A stretch of DNA of 64,000 bases from an uncultured Acidobacteriota bacterium (GCA_963699885.1 CAVOVP010000014.1:45856-109855); one strand, 5' to 3'. Shown: positions 10,996 to 19,375, counted from the first letter of the stretch. Notes: generated from the letters alone by a model not told the origin. Program-made: numbers and translations.

Positions 10996-11887
10996 TCATG
11001 CAAGCGCCAGATTCAGGTTGCTGATTGCTTCGTCGATCTCTTGCGTGTTCTTGAAGCCGACCGTGACAGAATCCACTCCCGCATTCTGGAAACGCGAACC
11101 TCATGGCTCTCACACGATCATCATGGCTATGCTCGAACTGACCGCCACCGCAGAGCTTCATGCCGATCACACCTAGCCTCTCCTTCTTCAACTGCTGGAT
11201 GTGATCGACCACTTCGCTCACGTTGGCTGGATGGTTGGAGTCCTCAGAGGTCGGGCCGTCCATGCGTGAGCCGTTGTGGTTGATGCGGATCAGTCCAACG
11301 TCGAGCCAGTTTGTGCCCGGCATCTGGCGCAGCGCCGGCAGCCCATGCACTGAAGCGCCATGCGTGCGGATGATCTTTCTCTGCTGCGCCTCAAGAATCC
11401 CGTCTTGCCAGCGTTTGGTCGTCTCCGGCCAGTCGGCCGAGTGCTGCCAGTGCAGCAGCATGACGTCAAAGTACTCGGTCTGCGAGATGTGCCGTAGCTC
11501 GTCGAACTTGGCCTGCGGGTTGATACCCTGGTGGAAGGTGGTCACCTTGCTCATCAGTTGATAGCTTTCTCGCGGCAAGCCTTTCAGCGCCTCTCCCAGC
11601 ATTCCCGGCGTCTCGTAGGCCTCAGCGGTCTCAAAGAAGCGAATGCCGCGATCGTAGGCATAGCGGACGACCCGCGTGAACTCCTGCTGCCCCAGCGCGG
11701 CCTGTACCGCACCACTGTTTGTCCCGGTTCCGAATGCCAGCCGGGTCACCTCCACCTTCGAGCGGCCAAGCACCACCGTATCGGTCGCGGTGCGCTTGGC
11801 TGCAACCAGCGGAAGAATTCCTGTGGTTGCCATGGCTCCAGCGGCCAAACCTGCCTTAAGGAAACTGCGCCGTGTAGTTGGACTCAT
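10996..11887 (-). pseudogene. Tat-exported aldo/keto reductase, frame interrupted near the 3' end
   Basis: Twin-arginine signal MSPTTRRSFLKAGLAAGAMATTG followed by an AKR-like body. After ...RVRAMRFAF the sensible continuation QNAGVDSVTVGFKNTQEIDEAISNLNLALA* is in the +1 frame, with its stop at 10996-10998. The junction is near 11086-11092 (cc run). The ORF-track tail down to 10898 reads through repeat R4 and looks spurious. Confidence 0.7.
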
Positions 11888-12180
11888 CGTGACCTCCGCG
11901 GGGACTCAAGCCGATGGGCGAGCCGGATCAGTGGATGTTAGCACGCATGCAGCCGCAATGACCGCGATTGGGTCATTCCACCGGCAACGTTGTGCGAACC
12001 GCAAGATTGGGCGTGGAGCAGCTTTCGGCACAACGCCTATCAGAGCCAGGACCGGACGCGTGGCCACACAGCGCGATTTTCGTTGTGTGGGGAACGATCG
12101 GCGATTTTTTGAGAACAGACGGAACATGTGGGATGGCTCGCGCATTTCGTTGTCGCTGGCATTAAGCACACCGAGGCCGG

Positions 12181-12229
12181 CCCACCCTTCGCGGTTTTGT
12201 AAAGTCCCGGGCAGGTTTTCGAAGGGTGG
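12181..12229. repeat. palindromic repeat, family R2 (CCCACCCTTCG ... CGAAGGGTGG)
   Basis: Inverted arms cccacccttcg / cgaagggtgg with a long loop. Related copies lie at 19345-19375, 19518-19550 and 21337-21377. Confidence 0.65.
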
Positions 12230-12264
12230 AAACCACGAGCGCAAGCAGCAAAGCGCGAGGATCT

Positions 12265-12336
12265 CCGTGGAAGAGCGGCGCTTCAGCGCCGCGATAAGGA
12301 TGACCAGAGGTATGGGCTTTAGCCCCTGTGGGTAAG
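12265..12336 (+). repeat. interspersed repeat, family R3 (second copy)
   Basis: ccgtggaagagcggcgcttcagcgccgcg...gggctttagcccc. See 10670-10740. Confidence 0.75.
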
Positions 12337-12565
12337 CGGCTAGCCGAGACTCGTAGCAATTCTCGTAGGTCGAGAATTACCGAGAGCCCTCAGAAAGAAT
12401 ACGGAGGAGTCGCCCATGTCCGCGAAAGCCCGCCATGGAGATCTGGCGGGTGGCGCGGACGAGCGGGCAGTCCCGAAATTCGAGGGCCACCCAGAGTCCG
12501 GTACGGGAAAAGGAACCTAGGCAGAAAGGCGGGCCACCCGCCCCTCAATGCGAATTTCTTAAGGC

Positions 12566-12660
12566 AATCCTTCGCTCGTCGATGGCGTCATCCCGAGTGA
12601 CGCCGTCCTTCAGGCGGAGCGAAGGATCTCCGCTCCCACGCAGTCTGCGACGGGAGATCC
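12566..12660 (+). repeat. structured interspersed repeat, family R1 (GCGTCATCC.GA...TCAGGCGGAG.GAAGGATCTC)
   Basis: Inverted arms aatccttcgctc / gagcgaaggat flank the core. A second hairpin is ggatctcc...gggagatcc. The core recurs in reverse orientation at 25630-25680 and as a half-element at 20918-20945. Confidence 0.7.
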
Positions 12661-12733
12661 CTCGACCGCTGGTAAGAACGCGTGCTCTTCGGAATACGTT
12701 CAACCTGGCCCGAAGGTGAGCGGTGATAACAAG

Positions 12734-12768
12734 GCTCCCACCAAAACCATAGGGGCGGCCCACCCGCC
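12734..12768 (+). repeat. interspersed repeat, family R4 (second copy)
   Basis: gctcccaccaaaaccataggggcggcccacccgcc. See 10909-10941. Confidence 0.7.
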
Positions 12769-12909
12769 CGCAAACTCCAACGTTAATACGGTTAACTCAT
12801 CAGCTACGCTGATGTCTTTGAACTACATCTCGTCCACCTAAGTGCCATTGACGCTGTATTCGCGGGATAGCACTATGTCGTGCGCTGTCGACTTCTTGCT
12901 AAGGATGAG

Positions 12910-13344
12910 ATGAACGTGAAACATTGCACCCTCGGCCTGCTCTTTACATTTGTATTTACACTTTCAAGTTACGGGCAAACTACTGCGCTACCTCCGACGA
13001 GCGAACATGGCATGTTTGTGGAGGAGTCAGGCCGACTAATTAAGGTCATTGGACAGATCGCTGAGTTCAAACGCACCGGAAGCCACTTCGCGAACGATGT
13101 GACGTTGGGATTGAAGACGAAAAAGGAGAATATCCAACTCCTCGGAGCGACAGCACATACGGCTGTTTCTCCGCAGCCGGTGTTTTATTTCGTGCCGGCC
13201 AAGCAAGAACAAGCTGTGGGCGTAAACGCCGGTGATCTAATTTTGCGACCGAGGCAACAAGGAGCCAATAAAGGAGTGAAAAAGCCGATTCTTAAGGGTG
13301 CGATTGCGCATTGCGAGTCCTCCTCACGGGAGGGGGTTGCGTGA
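12910..13344 (+). CDS. hypothetical secreted protein (low-GC islet)
   Basis: ATG at 12910 after AAGGATGAG. Signal-peptide-like MNVKHCTLGLLFTFVFTLSSYGQ. No family recognised, and the C-terminal 40 aa look low-complexity or uncertain. Confidence 0.45.
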   Translation: MNVKHCTLGLLFTFVFTLSSYGQTTALPPTSEHGMFVEESGRLIKVIGQIAEFKRTGSHFANDVTLGLKTKKENIQLLGATAHTAVSPQPVFYFVPAKQEQAVGVNAGDLILRPRQQGANKGVKKPILKGAIAHCESSSREGVA

Positions 13345-13369
13345 CGCGAGGGTGGTGCTAACGATGTAC

Positions 13370-14254
13370 TCAGAACCATCCCGCCTTCACCGCCTTCACC
13401 GCCAAGGCCAAGAGGTGGGATTCCCCGCAAATTGCAAGTCCGGCGCTCCACATCAGCTTCTTGTTCGTCACGATTTTGTAGCGATTCAACGAATAAAAAT
13501 TCCGCTCGACAAAAGACCATACCAGGCTATTTAAGCTGATACCAGCGCATACGATGACGATCAGCATTGAGAGAACGGCATCAAGCCCGCAGGATGCCGC
13601 TGCAAGTGAGATCACCGAAGCGATCTCCCGACGGAGGTCTGGACTTCCTCCAGTTGCTAGAAGGGGATTTCTTGATTCATCTAATGCATATTGGTGTCGC
13701 ACATAAAGAAGCGGATAAACCGTTGTACCAACGATGATGGCTAGGAGCAGGACGTTCGTTAACGATATGAAGGTAATGGTTTTGACATTGTTCGCCTGAT
13801 CAAGCCTGGCGAACATCCACCGTATAACGAGAATGAAGCCGATGTCCATGCCAATCGACAGGAATGCCCCAAGGATAAATTCCGCGAAGCTGAAAACGCT
13901 TTCTGCATCGCGGACATATCGAGATCCGACATAGGCGGCAACAGTAAACGCAGCTGCGAAAAATACATACTGTGCGATTTTAAGAAGCTTAGAAGAGTAA
14001 TATCGCACGCATGCTGCTGCACAGATGACCAGCACAGCGTCAAAAACACTCATTGCGATAATACTTATTGTTTTATCTCTCTGACGCAATGCTTCTTCGG
14101 GGTGAAGCGTTTCCGCCTCTTCAATCGTGGAAGGTACCCAGTCTTTTCCAAAAACTGGTTCTGGGGGCTCAATCGCTGCCCCTACAAGCACAATCGTTAT
14201 GAGGGAAATTGACGACAGCAAGATTGAAATAAAAACTGCTTGCGTAGACAGCAT
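13370..14254 (-). CDS. hypothetical polytopic membrane protein (low-GC islet)
   Basis: About 6-7 hydrophobic segments (AVFISILLSSISLITIVLVGAAI, IIAMSVFDAVLVICAAA, YVFFAAAFTVAAYVG, FILGAFLSIGMDIGFILVI, ITFISLTNVLLLAIIVGTTVY, ...). The ORF opens at 14377, but the first 41 codons are an Arg/Lys-rich stretch overlapping the upstream ORF. I prefer the ATG at 14254. Confidence 0.5.
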   Translation of the reverse strand: MLSTQAVFISILLSSISLITIVLVGAAIEPPEPVFGKDWVPSTIEEAETLHPEEALRQRDKTISIIAMSVFDAVLVICAAACVRYYSSKLLKIAQYVFFAAAFTVAAYVGSRYVRDAESVFSFAEFILGAFLSIGMDIGFILVIRWMFARLDQANNVKTITFISLTNVLLLAIIVGTTVYPLLYVRHQYALDESRNPLLATGGSPDLRREIASVISLAAASCGLDAVLSMLIVIVCAGISLNSLVWSFVERNFYSLNRYKIVTNKKLMWSAGLAICGESHLLALAVKAVKAGWF

Positions 14255-14259
14255 CCTCT

Positions 14260-14490
14260 TTACCAAAAACCTTCGCCAATAGACCCGATGTAATCGATGC
14301 AAGTGACTGTAGGTAGATCGTGGTCTTGGATAGTTCTTTGTCTCGGATCGCAGCAATCGCTTTCCGTTTTTAGCCAATTCGTGATTTTGCCTTCTTCATC
14401 CTCTTTTAATAGCCAGGCAGCGGCGAGGACCGTGAGTCCGACTCCCCAGCGGAGCAGGAAGATGATTTTGGTAAGGATCAGTACTGACAT
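14260..14490 (-). CDS. hypothetical small single-TM protein (low-GC islet)
   Basis: 76 aa with an N-terminal TM (LILTKIIFLLRWGVGLTVLAAAWLL) and an acidic Cys-containing tail. Its stop lies 5 nt before the ATG at 14254, so the two genes look like an operon. Confidence 0.4.
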   Translation of the reverse strand: MSVLILTKIIFLLRWGVGLTVLAAAWLLKEDEEGKITNWLKTESDCCDPRQRTIQDHDLPTVTCIDYIGSIGEGFW

Positions 14491-14706
14491 GAGGACATCG
14501 CTGCCGAAGAGGGTTCAAAGTTAACTAATTGAATTCAGGTAGTCAACTGCGATTTGGGAAGGGGCAAACCCTGTTCAATTCGACGGAGGCACTCGTTTCG
14601 GATCCGAACTTGAACATGTCACCATTCTTTACGCTCCACAATCCGCCCGTGATATTCTCTAAACGTCACAATGACAATCGATTAAGAACAGGAGTGCACC
14701 AGTTTA

Positions 14707-14973
14707 GTGTTAGCCAGAGAGCAAAAAAAATCCCTCATTGACCAGTACGGGACGCATGCGAGCGATACCGGGAGCCCGGAAGTTCAGATCGCTCTGCTCA
14801 GCGAACGCATTGGCCAGTTGACGGAGCACTTCAAGACGCACCAGAAAGACCACGGCTCGCGCCGCGGACTTCTCATGCTGGTCAGCAAGCGTCGTAGCTT
14901 GCTCGACTACCTCAAGAAATACGATACCGAGCGCTACAAGACCGTCATCACCAAACTCGGCATCCGCAAGTAG
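14707..14973 (+). CDS. rpsO: 30S ribosomal protein S15
   Basis: GTG start. ...[50 protein letters not shown]...[12 protein letters not shown] is an unmistakable S15 sequence. Confidence 0.95.
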   Translation: MLAREQKKSLIDQYGTHASDTGSPEVQIALLSERIGQLTEHFKTHQKDHGSRRGLLMLVSKRRSLLDYLKKYDTERYKTVITKLGIRK

Positions 14974-15221
14974 CTGGTTCGCGCTTTCAGAGTTTCAACG
15001 TTGCAACATTCCTGACTTGAAACCTCCGAAACCTTAAGAACCTTGAAACTTGCCTTCAGCTATTTCTGAATACCGTTTCCGATGAAACGGTCAGCATCGA
15101 GGACTTTCCCACAAGTGCGTTTTTCAAGCGCAGCGTATTACTTAAGCGGCGTTATCGCGGCACAGGTGTGCCTCGTCCGCTTGAGTCGAAATCCCCACCC
15201 TGTCGCAGGTAACACGACCAG

Positions 15222-15244
15222 GACGGGGCACCCGTCTGCTTTTT
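15222..15244 (+). terminator. hairpin GACGGG-gca-CCCGTC followed by TGCTTTTT (terminator/attenuator-like) in the rpsO-pnp leader
   Basis: Seen in sequence. It lies about 45 nt upstream of the pnp ATG, embedded in a degenerate R2-like element (15193-15233). Confidence 0.45.
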
Positions 15245-15287
15245 GCTCGAGGTTCACACCTCGTCGCTCTCCGAAGGAAATCTACTC

Positions 15288-17753
15288 ATGAAACCAGAAC
15301 CAACGACAGTCACAGTCAGTCTTACCGGCGGCAAAACCATCTCATTTGAAACTGGAAAACTGGCCAAGCAGGCCCACGGATCCGTCGTCGTCCGCCTCGG
15401 CGAGAACGTCGTTCTTGCCACCGCCACTTCCAATGCCGATCCTCGCGAAGGCATCGACTTTTTCCCCCTCACGGTGGATTACCGCGAATACACCTACGCC
15501 GGTGGACGTTTCCCCGGCGGCTTCATCAAGCGCGAAGGGCGCATGAGCGAGCGCGAAGTGCTCACCAGCCGGCAGATTGACCGCCCGGTACGTCCCATGT
15601 TCGCCGAAGGATTCAAGTGTGAGACCCAGGTGATTGCGTTCGTACTGTCGGCCGACAGCAATAATGATCCCGACGTTCTCGGTATCAACGGCGCTTCGGC
15701 GGCACTCACCGTGTCGGACATTCCATTCCTCGGGCCGATCGGCGCTGTGCGGGTCGGACTGGTCAATGGCCAGTTCATCGTGAATCCGACGTACGACGAG
15801 ATGCGCGAGAGCCTGCTGAACATCATGGTCGTCGGAACTGCCGATGGCATCGTGATGATCGAGTCGGGCGCGAAAGAAGTGAAGGAAGAGACGGTCGTCG
15901 ACGCGATCGAGTTTGGACATACCGAGATCAAGAAAATCTGCGCGGCCATTAACGACCTGCGCGACAAGGCAGGTAAGCCCAAGCGCAAAGTCGAGCCTCC
16001 GAAGTTCGACGACGCGTACTACAACGACCTGCGCGGCCGCATCGGCGCGGACCTCGAAGACGCGCTCGACACGAAGAAACATCCCAAAGCGGACAGCTAC
16101 GCGCGGGTGAAAGACATCAAGAAGAAGTTGGCCGCCGATTTGCCGAAGTCGGGCAGCGACAAAGAGGATGAAGTCGCGAAGAAGAAGCTCGATCACTACT
16201 ACGAAGCGTTGCGCGAGCGCATCTTCCGCGAGGCTGTAATCAATCAGAAGCGGCGTCCCGATGGCCGCGCGTTCGACGAGATCCGCGAGATCTGGATCGA
16301 AGCCGGAGTCCTGCCAAGGACCCACGGCAGCGCAATCTTCACCCGCGGCGAAACGCAAGCGTTGGTGACGACTACCCTCGGCACCAGCGACGACATGCAA
16401 CGCCTCGAAGGGTTCGAAGGCGAAGCCAAGAAACGCTTTCTCCTCCACTACAATTTTCCGCCATTTTCGGTGGGCGAAGTGGCCTTCATGCGCGGGGCGG
16501 GGCGGCGGGAGATCGGGCACGGCGCACTCGCAGAGCGCGCGATCTCGTCCGTGCTTCCTCCGGAAGACAAGTGGCCGTATGCGATGCGCGTGGTGTCGGA
16601 CATTCTCGAGTCGAACGGATCGTCGTCGATGGCGACGGTTTGCGGAGCATCGCTCTCGCTGATGGACGCGGGCGTTCCGTTGAAGGCTCCGGTTGCCGGC
16701 GTGGCGATGGGCCTAGTCAAGGAAGGCGATAGCTACGCGATCTTGACCGACATCGCGGGCGCCGAAGATCACTACGGCGACATGGATTTCAAAGTGGCCG
16801 GCACACGGGACGGCATTACCGCACTGCAAATGGACATCAAGGTTGCGGGCATCACGGCGCAAATCATGCGGGAAGCGCTATCGCAGGCGCAGCGCGGCCG
16901 CCTGCACATCCTGGGCAAGATGGAAGAAGTCATCACCACTGGACGCGAGAAGATTTCGGACTACGCGCCGCGGTTCTACACCGTGCAGATTCCGACCGAC
17001 AAGATTCGCGACCTGATTGGGCCGGGCGGAAAGATGATTCGCAGCATCGTCGAACAAACCGGAGTGAAGATCGATGTGGAAGACTCCGGGTTGGTCAAAG
17101 TTGCGTCGAGCGATCAGGCGTCGGCGGCAAAGGCGCTGCAGATCATCGGGGACATCACGGCGACAGCGGAAGTAGGGAAGACTTATCTCGGGAAAGTAAC
17201 GCGGCTGGCGGATTTCGGTGCGTTTGTCGAAATTATCCCGGGCACGGAGGGATTGCTGCACATCAGCGAAGTGGCGGAGCATCGCATTGCCGATGTCCGC
17301 GACGAGCTGAAAGAAGGCGATCAGGTGCTGGTGAAAGTGCTGGCGGTGGAAGGCAACCGCATCCGGCTCTCGCGTAAAGCAATTTTGAAAGAGCAGCGCG
17401 CGAAGATGGCGGCATCAGGCGGCGGAGACGGCGCACCTGAGGCCGCTCCGGCGGGTGAGGTCAGCGAACCAGTTCCCACGGGAACGCTCGTGATTGAGGG
17501 CGGCGGAGATTTTCCGGATGATGCGGATGAGCCGAACTTCAACCGTGAGGGCGCGCCACATGCGGGTGCAGATCGCCCGCAAAGTGGTGGCGGAGATCGT
17601 CCGCGCAGCGGTGGCGGAGATCGTGGCGGCCGCGGTGGACGTCCGGGCGGTGGTGGCGGTGGCGGACGCAGAGGTCGTGGCGGACGTGGCGGCGGTGGTG
17701 GAGGCGGTGGCCGTCATGGCGGACATGGCGGCGGTGGTGGAGGCCGGCACTAA
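15288..17753 (+). CDS. pnp: polynucleotide phosphorylase with a ~110-aa acidic-then-Arg/Gly-rich C-terminal extension
   Basis: Two RNase PH domains, then KH and S1 (GKTYLGKVTRLADFGAFVEIIPGTEGLLHISE...). The ATG at 15288 (MKPEPTTVTVSL) is preferred. The tail ends ...GGGDRPRSGGGDRGGRGGRPGGGGGGGRRGRGGRGGGGGGGGRHGGHGGGGGGRH. Confidence 0.95.
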   Translation: MKPEPTTVTVSLTGGKTISFETGKLAKQAHGSVVVRLGENVVLATATSNADPREGIDFFPLTVDYREYTYAGGRFPGGFIKREGRMSEREVLTSRQIDRPVRPMFAEGFKCETQVIAFVLSADSNNDPDVLGINGASAALTVSDIPFLGPIGAVRVGLVNGQFIVNPTYDEMRESLLNIMVVGTADGIVMIESGAKEVKEETVVDAIEFGHTEIKKICAAINDLRDKAGKPKRKVEPPKFDDAYYNDLRGRIGADLEDALDTKKHPKADSYARVKDIKKKLAADLPKSGSDKEDEVAKKKLDHYYEALRERIFREAVINQKRRPDGRAFDEIREIWIEAGVLPRTHGSAIFTRGETQALVTTTLGTSDDMQRLEGFEGEAKKRFLLHYNFPPFSVGEVAFMRGAGRREIGHGALAERAISSVLPPEDKWPYAMRVVSDILESNGSSSMATVCGASLSLMDAGVPLKAPVAGVAMGLVKEGDSYAILTDIAGAEDHYGDMDFKVAGTRDGITALQMDIKVAGITAQIMREALSQAQRGRLHILGKMEEVITTGREKISDYAPRFYTVQIPTDKIRDLIGPGGKMIRSIVEQTGVKIDVEDSGLVKVASSDQASAAKALQIIGDITATAEVGKTYLGKVTRLADFGAFVEIIPGTEGLLHISEVAEHRIADVRDELKEGDQVLVKVLAVEGNRIRLSRKAILKEQRAKMAASGGGDGAPEAAPAGEVSEPVPTGTLVIEGGGDFPDDADEPNFNREGAPHAGADRPQSGGGDRPRSGGGDRGGRGGRPGGGGGGGRRGRGGRGGGGGGGGRHGGHGGGGGGRH

Positions 17754-17812
17754 GCTTTGATTGCGGTTACTGACGGATTGAATCTATACAATCCGACATT
17801 TCAAAATGGAAG

Positions 17813-17838
17813 CGGGCCGCAAAGAAATTTGCGGCCCG
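17813..17838. terminator. strong GC hairpin CGGGCCGCAAA-n-TTTGCGGCCCG downstream of pnp (possible terminator, no clear U-tract)
   Basis: Seen in sequence. A second hairpin, CGGATTG-n8-CAATCCG, lies at 17774-17795. Confidence 0.4.
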
Positions 17839-18134
17839 AATCATTTGCTGGGAACCTCGTGTCGAGTTCGCCGTAAAGCGGGAATAGTTTTCGCCGAGTG
17901 TGCAAGAACTGCGCGTTGGGTTGGGAATGCGAGAAGCTCGCAACGCCGTTAGGGCTACACCGTTTCCGGTAGACAATCGAGAAAGATTCCCGACACGCGG
18001 ATGGAATGTCTTCAATCCGACGCAGTAAGTCTCGTCATTGCAACGCGTCGAAATTTTCGACACGATGCTCGGCGAATTCGTGGCAAACGGTTTGCAATCA
18101 CTTCGGGCGAGCCGCACTGGCTCCTGGAGGATTC

Positions 18135-18614
18135 GTGAAAAAGTTGCAATCACTCTCGTTTCTCGCCACCCTGGCGATCGGCATAGGCATGATCTCCTGG
18201 GGCAGCGCGCTCCACGCGCAAACCTCTCCGTCAAGCCCAACCGACCAGCAAGCGCCGCAAACCGCACCACAAACAGCGCCTGATACGACTCCATCGCAGA
18301 CGCCAACGCCCGAAATGCCGCCGCAGTCACAGCAGACGCCGAGCGCTCAAGCGCCAGACGCGTCGCAAACTCCTGATACCGCAGCGCCACCGTCGGGCGC
18401 GAAGAGGAGCGCTCCGGATGCATCCGCGACCGCAAGCGACAGCCAGACGTTCTCTGGAACGGTGAGCAAACAGGGCGACAAGTATGTGCTGAAGGATGAT
18501 TCGGGGAACACGTATGACATCGACCATCAAACGGACGTAGCGAAGTTTGATGGAAAGCGCGTCCGCGTTCAGGGCACGCTAGATCCGACTGGCAAGAAAA
18601 TCATGGTGAAGTAA
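18135..18614 (+). CDS. secreted protein with a Pro/Gln/Thr-rich linker and a DUF5818-like C-terminal domain
   Basis: GTG at 18135 after GGAGGA. Signal peptide VKKLQSLSFLATLAIGIGMISWGSALHA. C-terminal GTVSKQGDKYVLKDDSGNTYDIDHQ...KRVRVQGTLDPTGKKIMV. The family name is from memory. Confidence 0.6.
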   Translation: MKKLQSLSFLATLAIGIGMISWGSALHAQTSPSSPTDQQAPQTAPQTAPDTTPSQTPTPEMPPQSQQTPSAQAPDASQTPDTAAPPSGAKRSAPDASATASDSQTFSGTVSKQGDKYVLKDDSGNTYDIDHQTDVAKFDGKRVRVQGTLDPTGKKIMVK

Positions 18615-18688
18615 GCTCACCGGATAAACAACACGACGCCGAGGAGCGGGAGCAATTGGGTTCGCGATCCTCGGCGCACGTGTGTTTG

Positions 18689-19081
18689 CTACTTTATTTT
18701 CTCCGCCATCGTGACGACCCAGCCTTCAGGATCTTCGAAAGCGAATTCCTTCATTCCATAGAATTGTTCTTTCATCGGCATGGTGACTTTCGCGCCGCTC
18801 TTCTGAACTGCGGCAAAGACTTCGTCAATGCCTTCAACCTCAAGGAAGAGGGTAAGACTGCCTCCGATCGGTTTCGATCCGAGCGCCGGGTAATCTTCTG
18901 CTACCACTTTTTGATCATTGAAGAAAATCTCGACCGGGCCGCTCGTGACCGATCCGAAGACATAAGGTGGTTGATCGGGAACTGTGATGGCCGGTTGGAA
19001 GCCGAGCACAGAGCGATAGAACTCCATACTGGCGGCGACATCGCGGACGACAAGATTGGGCGTGAGTTTTTGGAATTTCAT
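18689..19081 (-). CDS. VOC-family (glyoxalase/bleomycin-resistance fold) protein
   Basis: 130 aa. MKFQKLTPNLVVRDVAASMEFYRSVLGF...EQFYGMKEFAFEDPEGWVVTMAE is typical of small VOC proteins. Confidence 0.8.
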   Translation of the reverse strand: MKFQKLTPNLVVRDVAASMEFYRSVLGFQPAITVPDQPPYVFGSVTSGPVEIFFNDQKVVAEDYPALGSKPIGGSLTLFLEVEGIDEVFAAVQKSGAKVTMPMKEQFYGMKEFAFEDPEGWVVTMAEKIK

Positions 19082-19344
19082 GATTTCTCCTCGCTAGAAG
19101 TCGGGTGGCGTGGCCTGAGTTTGTCTGGAAGGCGCGACGCACACCGAGAGTGTGAGTTGGCAACGCCTCCATCCACGCTCCTTGCGAGTGGAACGCAGGT
19201 AGGGCCTCCTCATTGTCAGTGGCGCTCGAAAGCGCGCGGGGCCCGCGAGGTACGGCGAAGAGCTTAGCACGAGTTTTCAGGTTCGGTGTCAAGAGGGCTG
19301 CATCAGCTCTTCGCAGGGAACCTTAGTCATTGAGATTCGTGGTT

Positions 19345-19375
19345 CCCACCCTTCGCAAGAGCGCGAAGGATGGGG
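19345..19375. repeat. palindromic repeat, family R2
   Basis: cccacccttcgcaagagcgcgaaggatgggg, a near-perfect hairpin. Confidence 0.7.

Noticed and set aside
11676-12335. 219-aa plus-strand ORF and 112-aa minus-strand ORF in the 11.9-12.3 kb region
   Set aside because: They run antisense through the AKR 5' end and then through repeat elements R2 and R3 (the ...EERRFSAAI... signature is repeat-encoded). There is no evidence of a real protein.
10590-12770. Possibility that the clustered repeats form a CRISPR array
   Set aside because: The repeats belong to several unrelated families, are not regularly spaced, differ in length (about 30-95 bp) and have no cas genes nearby. They behave like REP/MITE-type interspersed elements.
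12780-14530. Low-GC islet as a prophage remnant, IS element or integrative element
   Set aside because: No integrase, transposase, phage structural gene or tRNA/tmRNA attachment site is visible, and only 7-bp edge repeats are present. It is kept as an unexplained islet rather than called a mobile element.
15342-16520. 392-aa minus-strand ORF inside pnp
   Set aside because: It is antisense to an unmistakable PNPase reading frame. The composition is low-complexity (R/A/G/D-rich), so it is a shadow ORF.
17560-17750. GGN/CGN tandem repeat that superficially looks like a microsatellite or non-coding repeat
   Set aside because: It is in frame with pnp and encodes the RGG-type tail, so it is reported as a protein feature rather than a non-coding repeat or CRISPR-like array.
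17767-18435. 222-aa minus-strand ORF between pnp and the DUF5818-like gene
   Set aside because: It has no start context and no motifs. It overlaps the signal-peptide-bearing plus-strand gene, and its translation looks random (Arg/Ser/Ala-rich).
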